Positions 18,245-30,075 of a DNA stretch of 64,000 nucleotides are shown here, one piece after another. Below the pieces are notes generated by a model that did not search any database, was not told the origin of the DNA, and worked only from the letters and a program-made list of their open reading frames with translations. Every line of letters begins with the position of its first letter. Position 1 is the stretch's first letter. Made by a program: the position numbers and the translations under genes. This DNA is from an uncultured Actinomycetota bacterium (GTDB lineage Bacteria > Actinomycetota > Thermoleophilia > RBG-16-64-13), in contig CAVRJE010000025.1 in the NCBI GenBank assembly GCA_963721365.1, positions 21,838-85,837 on the forward strand, in the 5' to 3' direction.

Positions 18245-18952
18245 ATGAGAGGTACGAGAGTTAATCGGCTCGGATCGCGGGCCGTCGTTGCGGTTCCGAT
18301 AGTCCTTCTGCTGATACCGCTCCTCGTCGCCGGGTGCAGCCTGGGCGGGAAAGAGACCACAACGACGACCACCTCCACGAGCGGGGGCGTTGTCACCACC
18401 TCGTCCGCGACCACCGCGACCACCGCGAGCACCGGCCCCACGACGACCTCCACCACCGGGATCGTCATTACCCTGCCCAGCACCAGCAGCACGGAACCGC
18501 GACGACCACGACCACCGAGACGCTATCGAGCGCCGAGACCCGCCTGCCAAACGGCCACATCAAGGCCATGGGCTTCATCGACAAGGTCTACGTCAAGGAT
18601 GGCAAGCGCTACATCAGCATCGACTACGCCGAGATGCTGACCGGCGCGGCAGCGAATGCCGCTGCTGTGGCGGCCGGGTTCATCGAGCCCGGTGAGGACG
18701 TCCCCAACGACTACTGGATCAGCAACGCGAACCCTCAGAAGCGGGTGTTCGAAGTGTCGGACACGGTGGCCATCACCACGTCCACCGGTGGGTACGCCGG
18801 CGAGGATCGCAGCGCCGTTCACCTGGGCTGAGTTCAAGAGCTTCTGGAGCGCCCGCCTCCCGGCAGAATCGGGCCATCTGCACGAGGTACCCTGGTGGAT
18901 CGAGCGTGACGGGCCGCTGGTGGTCAAGATCGACGAGCAGTACTTGCCGTAG
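18245..18952 (+). CDS. Lipoprotein of unknown function (paralog B of 17512..18210); two frame breaks
   Basis: ATG 18245: MRGTRVNRLGSRAVVAVPIVLLLIPLLVAGCSLGG (lipobox), T-rich linker, ETRLPNGHIKAMGFIDKVYVKDGKRYISIDYAEML...EVPWWIERDGPLVVKIDEQYLP. Assembled from ORFs 18104.., 18334.. and 18656..18952. Breaks near 18490 and 18810. Confidence 0.7.
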
Positions 18953-19001
18953 GGGCTGCCGTCAGACCACCGGGCTTCATTATCCTTTGGCCCAGTTGTG
19001 A

Positions 19002-19072
19002 GCGATGGGCCCATGTGTCCGCTCCGGCTGCGTTTTGCGACGACTCCTCCCCCGGACACATGGACCCATCGC
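19002..19072. other. Long imperfect hairpin in a convergent intergenic region
   Basis: GCGATGGGCCCATGTGTCCG (19002-19021) pairs with CGGACACATGGACCCATCGC (19053-19072): 19 of 20 positions, 31-nt loop. About 50 nt after the lipoprotein B stop and about 170 nt after the typA stop. Confidence 0.6.
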
Positions 19073-19242
19073 ATCACCGACTCCTAGGGCAACCCCCCGC
19101 CCGTCGGCCTTTCGGCCTCGGGTAAGGGGAGGGGGCTCGATGAGGCGGACCGGGTAGTAGCCGTCGCGGCTGCGCGCTCGGGGCCCGCCTTGCTCGGGAC
19201 ACGTCGACTGCCTGGCGGCCCGCCTCGCGGCCCGCCCGGCGT

Positions 19243-21169
<1,927 letters not shown>

Positions 21170-21349
21170 GGGGCATTGAGAGGGACTCTCGGCATCTTCT
21201 CGGGACTTCCACCCCGAAGCGGGGCGGCCGGATAGGAGAGGGGATTATACAGGCCTTCGCCTCACTGGCAAAGGCCGCGGCGCGGGGGCCGCTCGCGGCC
21301 GCTTGCGCCACGGCCCTCAGGTGGTACTAATGGAATCGCGTTCTAGTAT

Positions 21350-22186
21350 ATGGCAGGGACCGGGACGGGGAGGACGAGCAAGCCGATACTGGCGTACAAG
21401 CCGCCCAGGCAGCGGCGGAGCCATGAGTCGCTCGAGCGCATCCTCGACGCGACGGAGTCTCTCATCCGGGAACGGGGCTTCGACAACATGACCATCGCCG
21501 AGGTGGTCCAGCGGTCGGGTTCGTCGGTCGGCAGTATCTACGCGCGCTTCCACAACAAGATGGGTCTGTTGCAGGCCGTCCAGCTGCGCTACCATGCCCG
21601 CGTCCAGAACGACATTTTTGCTGCATTCAGCGGTCATCACCCTCGGGACGAGTCACTCCAGGAGGCGGTCGCCCGCATCGTCACCGTACTGTCCCGCCAC
21701 GTGCTGAGCGAGTCCGAACTATTCCGAGCGTTCATTCTCGAGGCGATCTTCGACGATGTCGTCCGGGCTCAGGGCGAGCGCACGAACGCTCAGCGAAGAG
21801 ACAAGGTGGTCGAGGTCCTTCTGGTCCACAGGGCCGAGATCAAGCATCCGGATCCTGAGCGAGCGGCCCGCTGGTCTTATTCCACTTGCATGGCGTTGCT
21901 GCGGGAGCGGATCACGTTCGGGGAGGCAGCGGAACTCTCCGGGGGCTTCTCCGACGAGGAACTAGTGGCGGAATTGACCAGCATGGTGACTGGTTATCTC
22001 ACCTATGGGACCTCGAGCGGCGGACCGCTGGGCAGAATTAGAACGATGTTTTGGTTCGTACGAAAGGAGGTGAGAAGGCCAGATAGCGCTGCACGGTATT
22101 CGGGTCGACAGGAAAAAGGATCTTTGAGAAGAGGGGATCGAAGATGTCAGAAGAGGAGAAGAAGGACGAGCAGACGCGGGCGGTAA
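21350..22186 (+). CDS. TetR/AcrR family transcriptional regulator; C-terminal end uncertain
   Basis: RQRRSHESLERILDATESLIRERGFDNMTIAEVVQRSGSSVGSIYARFHNKMGLL (TetR HTH). The last ~55 codons (Arg-rich, lower-GC DNA, overlapping the next start) look like read-through after a lost stop. The true end is probably near 22030-22070. Confidence 0.75.
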   Translation: MAGTGTGRTSKPILAYKPPRQRRSHESLERILDATESLIRERGFDNMTIAEVVQRSGSSVGSIYARFHNKMGLLQAVQLRYHARVQNDIFAAFSGHHPRDESLQEAVARIVTVLSRHVLSESELFRAFILEAIFDDVVRAQGERTNAQRRDKVVEVLLVHRAEIKHPDPERAARWSYSTCMALLRERITFGEAAELSGGFSDEELVAELTSMVTGYLTYGTSSGGPLGRIRTMFWFVRKEVRRPDSAARYSGRQEKGSLRRGDRRCQKRRRRTSRRGR

Positions 22187-23609
22187 GCCGGCGTCAGTTC
22201 CTGAAGGTAGCCGGGGTCGCCGGGGCGTCTGTCGGGGTCATGGGAGGCCTGGGCGGAGCTGCTCGCCGCGTGCGGCGGCACGGAAGAGACCACCACGACG
22301 ACGGCCGCGGGAGCGACCACCACCACGGCCGCGGCCGCCACCACCACGACCACGGCACCGGCGGAGACCACCACGAGCGTGTCCGCGGCCGCCGAGATGG
22401 GCCGCGAGGTCAAGATCGGGGCCGTGTCTCCCATCACGGGCGCTCTGGCGTCATTCGGCGGCCCCGACAAGTGGATCGTCACATACGTACTCAAGGCTAT
22501 TGGCGACGGCCTGGTTTGCGGCGACGGCAAGAAGCACCCGATCAACATCATCCAGCTCGACACCCAGTCGAGCCCCAACCGGGCCGCTGAGGTCACTCAG
22601 GACCTGCTGTTCAACGAGAAAGTGGATATGATGGTGGCCTCGTCCAGCCCCGACACTGTGAACCCGGCCGCCGACCAGTGCGAAGCCAACGGCGTGCCGT
22701 TCCTGGCCAACTTCGTACCTTGGCAGCCCTTCTACTTCGGCCGGGGCGCCACTCCCGACAAGCCCTTCCAGTGGACATACATGTACCACTTCGGGGTCGA
22801 GGACGCGGCCGAGTGCCGTCTGGGTATGTGGGACCAGATCGAGACCAACAAGACCGTGGCCTACCTGTTCCCCAACGATGCGGACGGCCAGGCTTGGTCG
22901 AACGACACGACTGGGCTGGAGCCCATCCTCGTGAAGGGCGGCTACACCACCGGCTCCAAGCCGGAGATGTACCAGCCGCCGTCGGAAGACTTCACCCAGC
23001 AGATCTCCGACTACAAAAAGAACGGCTGTGAGGTATGCACCGGGGCTTCAGACCCCGCCCGACTTCACCACGTTCTGGCAGCAGTGCGCCCAGCAGGGGT
23101 ATCAGCCGAAGATCCTCAGCATGAGCAAGGCGCTTCTGTTCCACCAGAGCATCGAGGCTGTAGGCGACATCGGAATCGGCACGTCCGACCACATGGTGTG
23201 GCATCCGAAGTTCCCCTACAAGAGCGCCCTCACCGGCCAGACCTGCGAGGAGTACGCTGCGGCCTATACGGCCGAGACCGGCAAGCAGTGGACGCAGCCT
23301 CTCGGGCAGTTGGGCAAGTACGAGTGGGCGGTCGACGTGCTCAAGCGCGTCACCGACGTCGACAACAAGGCGATGTACATCGATATGGTCAAGACCACCA
23401 AGTTCGATGGCATCAATGGCCCGGTCGACTTCAACTTGCCGTCCCCCGGCCCGGGCCGCCCGGTGCCGAACGTCTACAAGATCAAGATCGCCGGTGGCCA
23501 GTGGGGCAAATCTGAGGATCCCAAATTCAAATACGACATCTTCATCTGCTACGCGCAAGATCCGAACATGCCCATCCAGAAGAAGTTCGAGCCCATCGTC
23601 TACTCCTAG
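22144..23609 (+). CDS. ABC transporter substrate-binding protein (LivK / type-1 PBP-like), Tat signal plus lipobox; two frame breaks
   Basis: MSEEEKKDEQTRAVSRRQFLKVAGVAGASVGVMGG (twin-Arg). A shift near 22252 gives LLAACGGTEETTTT (lipobox plus T-linker), then EVKIGAVSPITGALASFG... A second shift near 23030 leads into ORF 23028..23609. No permease or ATPase genes are adjacent. Confidence 0.8.
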
Positions 23610-23699
23610 GGCCCGGCGGCGAGGAATAATCAGAAACACGACCTGAGCGGGGGACAGCCCTGGGGGCTGCCCCCCCCGCGAAAGAGGAAGGAGTTGCCC

Positions 23700-24704
23700 G
23701 TGAAGACCATCGACCTGGAGAACCACTTCATCACGCCGGCCTGGCTGGAGGCCCTGCGCAAGCCAACGTGGGCGCCTACCCCACCGTCGACGAGAAGAAA
23801 GGCCTCGGCTTTGCAGCCGACGCCTGGATGCCTCTGGCCGTCGAGCCCAAGCTGGTCGACCTGGCCGACTACCGGCTGAGCTTCATGGACGCTGCCGGCG
23901 TGGACTACGCCGTGCTGTCGGTCACCTCTCCCGGGGCCGAGCAGTTCGCCATCGAGGTGGGCAGGAAGGTCGCCCGGGACGCCAACGATCTGCTGTTCGA
24001 AGTCACGAAGAAGTATCCCGACCGGTTCGGCGGTTTCGCTTCGCTCGCACCCAAAGACCCCGAGTGGTCGGCGCAGGAACTGGAGCGCTGCGTCAAGGAA
24101 TTGGGCTTCAAAGGCTTGAACACGCACTCCAACTTCGGCGACTCCTACCTGGACGACCAGCGCTACTGGCCCATCCTGGCCAAGGCCGAGGAACTGGACG
24201 TTCCCATCTACCTGCATCCTGCGGTGCCGATGATCCAAGAATTGCGCGAGTTCGGCATGGTGCTCGGCGGGCCCACGCTGGGTTTCGGCACCGACGTCAC
24301 CTACTGCTTCATGCGCATGATCGTGCGTGGCGTGTTCGACGAATACCCGAACCTCAAGATCATCATGGGACACCTGGGCGAGGCCCTGCCCTTCCTGGTG
24401 GACCGGGTGAACCGGGCCTGGATGCAGAACCACGAGAAGCCCAATCCCGAGATCGGCGAAGGCAGCAAGGAGCCGGCCGGCTACTACCTCAAGAAGAACC
24501 TATGGGTGACCACCAGCGGCAACTACCTGCCCGCTGCGTTCGTGTGCACGCGCGACGCCATCGGGATGGACAAGATCCTCCTCGGGACCGACTTCCCCTA
24601 CGAGGACATGAAGGACTGCATGGACTATCTGCGCAGCCTGCCCCTGACCGAAGACGAAGCGTACGCGCTGTTCGAGGGCAACGCCACGGGCCCTGGGGTT
24701 CTGA
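23700..24704 (+). CDS. Amidohydrolase_2 family protein, paralog 2; two frame breaks
   Basis: GTG 23700 (GAGGAAGGAG RBS; TTG 23694 also possible): KTIDLENHFITPAWLEAL. A shift near 23765 joins ORF 23768.. (ELERCVKELGFKGLNTHSNFGDSYLDDQRYWPILAKAEELDVPIYLHP...LGTDFPYE). The C-terminus ...EGNA/TRALGF* ends at TGA 24702-24704 after a shift near 24685. Confidence 0.8.
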
Positions 24705-24763
24705 TATTCCCGTTCCGATCGCTTCGAGAGGGCCGGTCCGGACTGACCGGCGCAGGACGTGAG

Positions 24764-24800
24764 CCGCGGGGTGGAAGGCCTGGGGCCTTCCACCCCGCGG
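24764..24800. terminator. Strong bidirectional hairpin between convergent genes
   Basis: CCGCGGGGTGGAAGGCC (24764-24780), loop TGG, GGCCTTCCACCCCGCGG (24784-24800). A perfect 17-bp stem. Confidence 0.7.
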
Positions 24801-24817
24801 CGTCTTCGGCGCCGTGC

Positions 24818-26044
24818 TTACCGCGCCAGCGCCCTGCCGGTAGCGCTCGTCAGCCGCGGCAGCCGTCAGATAGTCGTCCAGCACCGCGAGCCCCTCGCCG
24901 AAGTCCTCCCTGCCCAGGCCCAGCCGGAAGTGTGAATCTCCGTAGCCGTACACCGTCGACGGCAGCAACAGCACTCCCGTCTGTTCAGAGCAGTCGGCGC
25001 AGAAGGCCCGGCCGCCCGAGCGGTCCAGCGACCAGGTGCGGAAAGCAGACCGTGCCCGCCTGGGGCGGCACCCAGCTCGAAGGTCTCGCGGTGGCGGTCG
25101 AAGAAGCGCGACGCCGCCCGGACATTGCGCTCGATCCGGGCGACGATTGGCGGCGAGGATGCTCTTCCCCGATCGCAGGGCCATCAGGGCCAGCAGCTCG
25201 CTCGGGGCGCTGCTGCAGATGGTGGTGTAGTCCTTGAGGCTCTGCATCCTCTCCAGCAGAGCCCGGTCGCGGGCCGCGACCCAGCCGATGCGCAGCCCGG
25301 CCAGTCCGAACGACTTCGACATGCCGGCCAGCGACACCGCTCGGTCGTAGAGGTCGGCCGCCGCCGGCAGGCGGAGCACTCGGGCGCGGGCTCGAGCAGC
25401 CGGTACATCTCGTCGGAGAACAGCCAGGCGCCCGCGCGGGCGACGGACGTCGACCATGCGGGAGAAGTCGTCCGGCCGAGGGCAGGGCGCCCGTCGGGTT
25501 GTGGGGGAAGTTCCAGACGACGAGCTTGGTGTCGGGGCGTATCGAGCGTCTCCAGCGCGGCCGGGTCGAAGCGCCACCCGACGTCCCTGCCCGCCGCGCC
25601 TCCGCGGCGGCGGTCTCCGCCGGCTCCCAGAGGTCGACCTCGCAGCCGATGCTCCGGGCCAGCTCGTAGAGCGACTGGTAGCCGGGGAAGGTGCAGATCA
25701 CGTGGTCGCCCGGGAGCGAGCAGCGCGTGCATGGTCAGGAAGATGGCCTCTTCCGGCGCCGCGACCAGCACCCGCTCCGCGTCGACCTGCCCGTAGAGAG
25801 CCGCGATCTGCGCCCGCAGTTCGGGCAGGCCCTGCGATTCGGTGTAGCCCAGGTGGAGGTCTTCCCAGCTCGCCCGCAGCTCGTCGCCGGCCGCCGCTAC
25901 CAGTTCGGCCATCGCCGGTCCCTGGCAGTCGGAGGCGGAAAGCAGGTAGCGAGCGGAGAACTCGTAGCGGGCGAAGAAGCGCTCGAGCGCGAAGGGGGCT
26001 GGGTACATGGGCTCTCCGTTGACGGGGGACGGGTACAAGTCCAT
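24818..26044 (-). CDS. Class I/II pyridoxal-phosphate aminotransferase; at least 4 frame breaks; 3' end inferred
   Basis: Fragments in ORFs 25184..26044, 24985..25701 and 24489..25577: FALERFFARYEFSARYLLSASDCQ...LVVWNFPHNPTGA...LFSDEMYR...LAGMSKSFGLAGLRIGW...LLLPSTVYGYGDSHFRLGLGRE. A TAA at 24820-24818 is reachable by one more shift and sits just before the hairpin. Confidence 0.75.
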
Positions 26045-26118
26045 GATAGTACTCCCGTGAGTACCCCCACTTCAGATACCCGAGCCCCCGCTCCGCAGCC
26101 GTCCTCTATCCGAGTCAA

Positions 26119-27296
26119 GTGTTCGTCGGGGCCACGCTCATCACGCTGGGCCCCCTGCTCGACCCCATCCTCCGCGACCTGAACATCCCCCTGGCGAAGG
26201 CGGGCGTGCTGTCGTTCGGCTTCTTCTTCGGCCGGGTGGCGGGCGTCCTGCTCCTCAACTTCGCCCTGGCCAGGGTGCCTGTCAAGACGATCATGGTCAC
26301 GTGCGCTTTGGTCCTGATGCTTGGGTCGGCGGCTTCCGGCCTGCTCGGGGTCGGGTTGTGGCCGCTCTCGCTCGCGCTTTTCGTGACCGGTCTCGCCGGG
26401 GTCATACCCAACGCCATTTCCGGTGTGTGGGTAGCGGCGCACGTCCACAAGGGCGTCGAGAAGGCCATGCTGAATATCGGCGCCTATTTCGCCCTCGGTG
26501 TGGTCGTAGCGCCGCTCGTGATCGGAGTGGCTCTGGAACTCGGGGCTACCTGGAGAGGGTGTTCCTGGGCGAGGCGGTCTTCTCGGCGGTCGTGGCGGTC
26601 GTGCTGTTGATCCTGCCCATCGCCGACGTGCGGGACCGGGAGAACCTGCGGGCCCGCCAACTCAAGCAGGTGGGGGCGTCGCATCCCCGATTGCTGGCCG
26701 TGATACTCGCCGCGACCTTCTTGTACGTGTGCGTCGAAGGCACCCTGTACGTGTGGCTGGCCAAGCTCCAGGTCGACTCGTTCGCCGCCGGACCGGGCGT
26801 GGCGGCGCTCAGCGTCACTCTCTTCTGGGCCGGGATCACCGCCGGACGGTACGTTGCCGTGCCGTTGACCCGCCTCGCCTCGCCCGCAAGGCTCCTGGCG
26901 GTATTCGCTTCCGTCCTCGCCCTCTTTGTGGCCGCATTGGCGTTGGCTCCGACCCTGGCCTTCTCGGAGACCTTCGCGTTCTTCGCGGGCATCGGGGCGT
27001 CGGCCTGCTGGCCGCTGATCGCCTGCTACACGCCCCGGTTCCCCGGGTGGCAGGCCGGCGTCGTCTTTTCGGGGATGATGCTCGTCGGCACGATCGCCAA
27101 CACCGTTTCTCCCTACCTCTTCGGCCCGGCGCGTGGCCGCTCTTGGGGTCCGAGCCGCGCTGGGGCTGTGGATCATCCCGGCCGTGGTGGTGATCGGTCT
27201 CGCGTTCGCTCTGGAGAAGGTGGCCCGCGGTACCGACCGGGTGCCAGAAGGCGTCACATCCCCGGCTCCGGCCGAGTTCCGCCGGGCGAGTTCTAG
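26119..27296 (+). CDS. MFS transporter (paralog of 28771..29961); at least 2 frame breaks; both ends approximate
   Basis: FVGATLITLGPLLDPILRDLNIPLAKAGVLSFGFFFGRVAGVLLLNF... continues in ORF 26301..27296 and ORF 27133.. (last TM). Collinear with the paralog. The GTG 26119 start is tentative. Confidence 0.65.
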
Positions 27297-28746
27297 TCCC
27301 CGCCTGCTCTGGCGGGGGAGCCTTCGCCCGGCTCGAGGCGACGTTCTCCGTGCCGGGCGGGCGCTCGCTGTCTTCGCCCTTCCCGCGGCCCCACCAGCGA
27401 GGCGGCGACACCCACGACGCACAGCACGGTGAAGATGGCGAAGGTGATGCGGACGCTGGTCAGCACGTTCGGGTAGTCGGCGGCGCCGATGGGATGCGGG
27501 CCCACGACAACGGCCAGCACCAGTGTGGCCAGCCCCACGCTGATGCTCTGCCCGGTCAGGCGCATGGTGCCGATGGTGGCGGAGGCCACCCCGGTGTAGC
27601 GCCGGTGGACGCTACCCATGATCGCGTAGATGATCGGGGTGGCGAAGAAGGCGAAACCGAGCCCCAGCACGCACAGCGTGGTGATGATGTACCAGTAGGC
27701 CGTGTCCTCGCTCAGGAACACGAAAGCTCCCAGCCCAAGCACGCACACGGCCATGCCGGCCGAGGCGACGTAGCGCGCCTGCACCCGGTCGGCAAGGCGC
27801 CCCGCGACCGGGGAGAGGACGGTCTGCACGACGGTGCCGGTGACGAGGACCAGGCCGGCCGCCTGCGGGTCGAGCCCCTTGTTGTACTGGAGGTAGAGAC
27901 TCATCAGGAAGGTCACGGCGTAGGTGGCCGCGTAGTTGATGAAGGTGGCCGCATTGGAGTAGGCGAACACCCGGTTCCGCCTGATGAGGTCCACGTTGAG
28001 CACCGGATCGGCGGCCCTCGTCTCCCACCAGAGGAACCCCGCGATGCCGGCGGCGCCGGCGGCGATGAGCACCCAGCCGAGCGTCCCGGGCAGCAGCGAG
28101 AAGCCGATGAGGAGCATGGTCAGCCCGATCGCCCACAGCCACCGAGCCGGCGACGTCGAAGCTGGTGTGCTTCGGCTCGCGCCATTCGACGTCCCGCAGC
28201 CGCCAGGCGGCCAGCACGCAGTTGACAGCGCCGACCGCGCCGACGAAGACGAAGATGAACCGCCATCCGAGGCTGTGGACGATCACCCCACCCAACACCG
28301 GACCAAGAGTCAAGTCCGAGGTAGACGCCGCCCACCTGGAGGCCGAGCGCCCGGCCCCGGCGCTCCGGCGGGTAGGCGAGCGTCACCATCGCCACAGTGC
28401 AGGAGAACAGCACTGCCGTGGCGATCCCCTGCAGCACGCGGAGGAGGATCAGCACGGGAGCGGACGGGGCGAGGGCGGCCGCGAGGGTCAGGAGAGTGAA
28501 CGCGGCCATGCCTATGACGAAGAACCGCTTGCGGCCGTAGAAGTCGGCGAGCCGGCCGGCGGGCATGAGGAGCGCCGCCGCGGCCAGGACGTACGCGAGC
28601 GAGATCCAACTCAGCGTGACGGCCGAGACATTCCACTCCTCTTCGATGCGGGGCAAGGCGATATTGATGGCCGAGGCCATGAAGGTGCTGAGGAAACCGG
28701 CCGTCGTGGCGACCAGGAGCACCATGCGTTGCGTCGACCGTTCCAT
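27293..28746 (-). CDS. MFS drug:H+ antiporter (DHA2 / EmrB-QacA-like); two frame breaks
   Basis: ATG 28746: MERSTQRMVLLVATTAGFLSTFMASAINIALPRIEEEWNVSAVTLSWISLAYVLAAAALLMPAGRLADFYGRKR...LRVLQGIATA..., continued in ORFs 27612..28313 and 27293..28117. Breaks near 28310 and 28130. Confidence 0.8.
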
Positions 28747-28758
28747 TGGCCCCCAGCG

Positions 28759-28764
28759 TATACT
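28759..28764 (+). promoter_or_regulatory. -10 box placed for a [11 protein letters not shown]RNA of the MFS paralog
   Basis: TATACT ends 6 nt before ATG 28771. No RBS is possible in the 24-bp divergent spacer. Confidence 0.4.
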
Positions 28765-28770
28765 AAACCG

Positions 28771-29961
28771 ATGCCAGGCGACCAACGGAACACGACCTCC
28801 ACCTCCTACCTTTCCCTGTACGCCACCACCTTCATGGTCGGCGTGGTCATGATCACATTGGGGCCTCTCCTCGACCCCATGACCAAGGAACTCAACATCC
28901 CCCTCGCCCAGGCGGGCCTGATATCGGTGGCGTTCGCCGTCGGCATGCTGATCGGGGTCCTGGCGCTGAACTTCCTCCTTGCGCGCGTGCCGGCCAAGTG
29001 GACCCTCATAGGCGCCGCCTGGCTGCAAACGGTGGCCCTGGCCGCTTCCGGCGTGCTCTCAAAAGTCTGTGGTCGCTCTTCGCCGCCTACTTCTTCGTGG
29101 GCCTCGGCTGCGTGTTCCTGAACAGTCTGCCCGGGATGTGGGTGAGTTCCCACGTCAAGGTGGGGACCCATCGCGCCATGGTGATCCTCCTGCTGTTCTT
29201 CGCGATCGGGATGGCGGTCACGCCTATCGTGATCGGCATCGCGCTGGGGCTAGGGACCACCTGGAGGTGGGTGTACATCGCCGAGGCCGTCCTCTCGGGA
29301 GCGCTCGCGATCCTCCTCACCGTCCGGCCCATCTCCGACATCGCCGGCAGGAGGAACCTGCGCTGGGGCCGGCTCCGCGAGGTGATCGGCTTCAATCCTC
29401 AGCTCTTCTGGGCGGTGGTCGTGGCCTCCATCCTCTACATCGGCGCGGAGTTCATCCTCAACGTCTGGTTGCCGAAGTTCGAGATCGACGTCTTCGGCGC
29501 GAGCAAGACGGTGGCCAGTCTCGCGGTGGCGCTCTTCTGGACAGGCCTCATCATCGGGCGGCTGCTCGTGATCTGGTTGACCAAGCGGTATCTGGCCTCC
29601 CGGCTGCTGCTCGTGGGCATGGCGATCATGGCGGTGTTCGCGCTGGGCATCTCGCTGTCCACCTCCGTCGAGATGTCTCTGGTGATGGCCTTCTTCAGCG
29701 GCTTCGGCGCTTCGGCCGCCTTCCCGCTCATCCTCGGCTTCTCCGGTAGGTTCCCCGCCTGGCACGCCGGCGTGGTCTACTCGGCCGTGGTCATGGCGGG
29801 CGCGCTCGGCCGGATCATCTTCCCCTACCTCATCGGGCCCATCGCCCATTCGCCAAGGATTCCGACTCGCTCTGGGTCTGGCTTTCGTTCTCGCCGCAGC
29901 CTGCTCGCTGCTGGCGCTCTATCTCCACCGAGTATCGGGAGAGGATGAGATAGCCGGCTGA
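28771..29961 (+). CDS. MFS transporter (paralog of 26119..27296); two frame breaks
   Basis: MPGDQRNTTSTSYLSLYATTFMVGVVMITLGPLLDPMTKELNIPLAQAGLISVAFAVGMLIGVLALNF... A shift near 29050 joins ORF 28998..29948. The last TM and tail (GFRLALGLAFVLAAACSLLALYLHRVSGEDEIAG*) are restored by a shift near 29860. Stop TGA 29959-29961. Confidence 0.75.
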
Positions 29962-30032
29962 GACGCTACCGAACAACGAAGCCCTGGGTGCTAGAACGCG
30001 CCGGCCGGGACGACGGGGCGCCCACGTTGTCT

Positions 30033-30040
30033 TGTATAAT
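30033..30040 (+). promoter_or_regulatory. Extended -10 promoter element
   Basis: TGTATAAT at 30033-30040, 35 nt upstream of ATG 30076. Confidence 0.45.
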
Positions 30041-30075
30041 CCACCGTCCCGCGAGTAAGGAATGAGGGATATGCG

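Noticed and set aside
22030-22186. TetR gene overlapping the substrate-binding protein start by 43 nt with an Arg-rich 55-aa tail
   Set aside because: The tail lies in lower-GC, intergenic-looking DNA that contains the next gene's RBS. Stops are available in both other frames near 22030-22070. It is probably read-through created by an indel, not a real extension.
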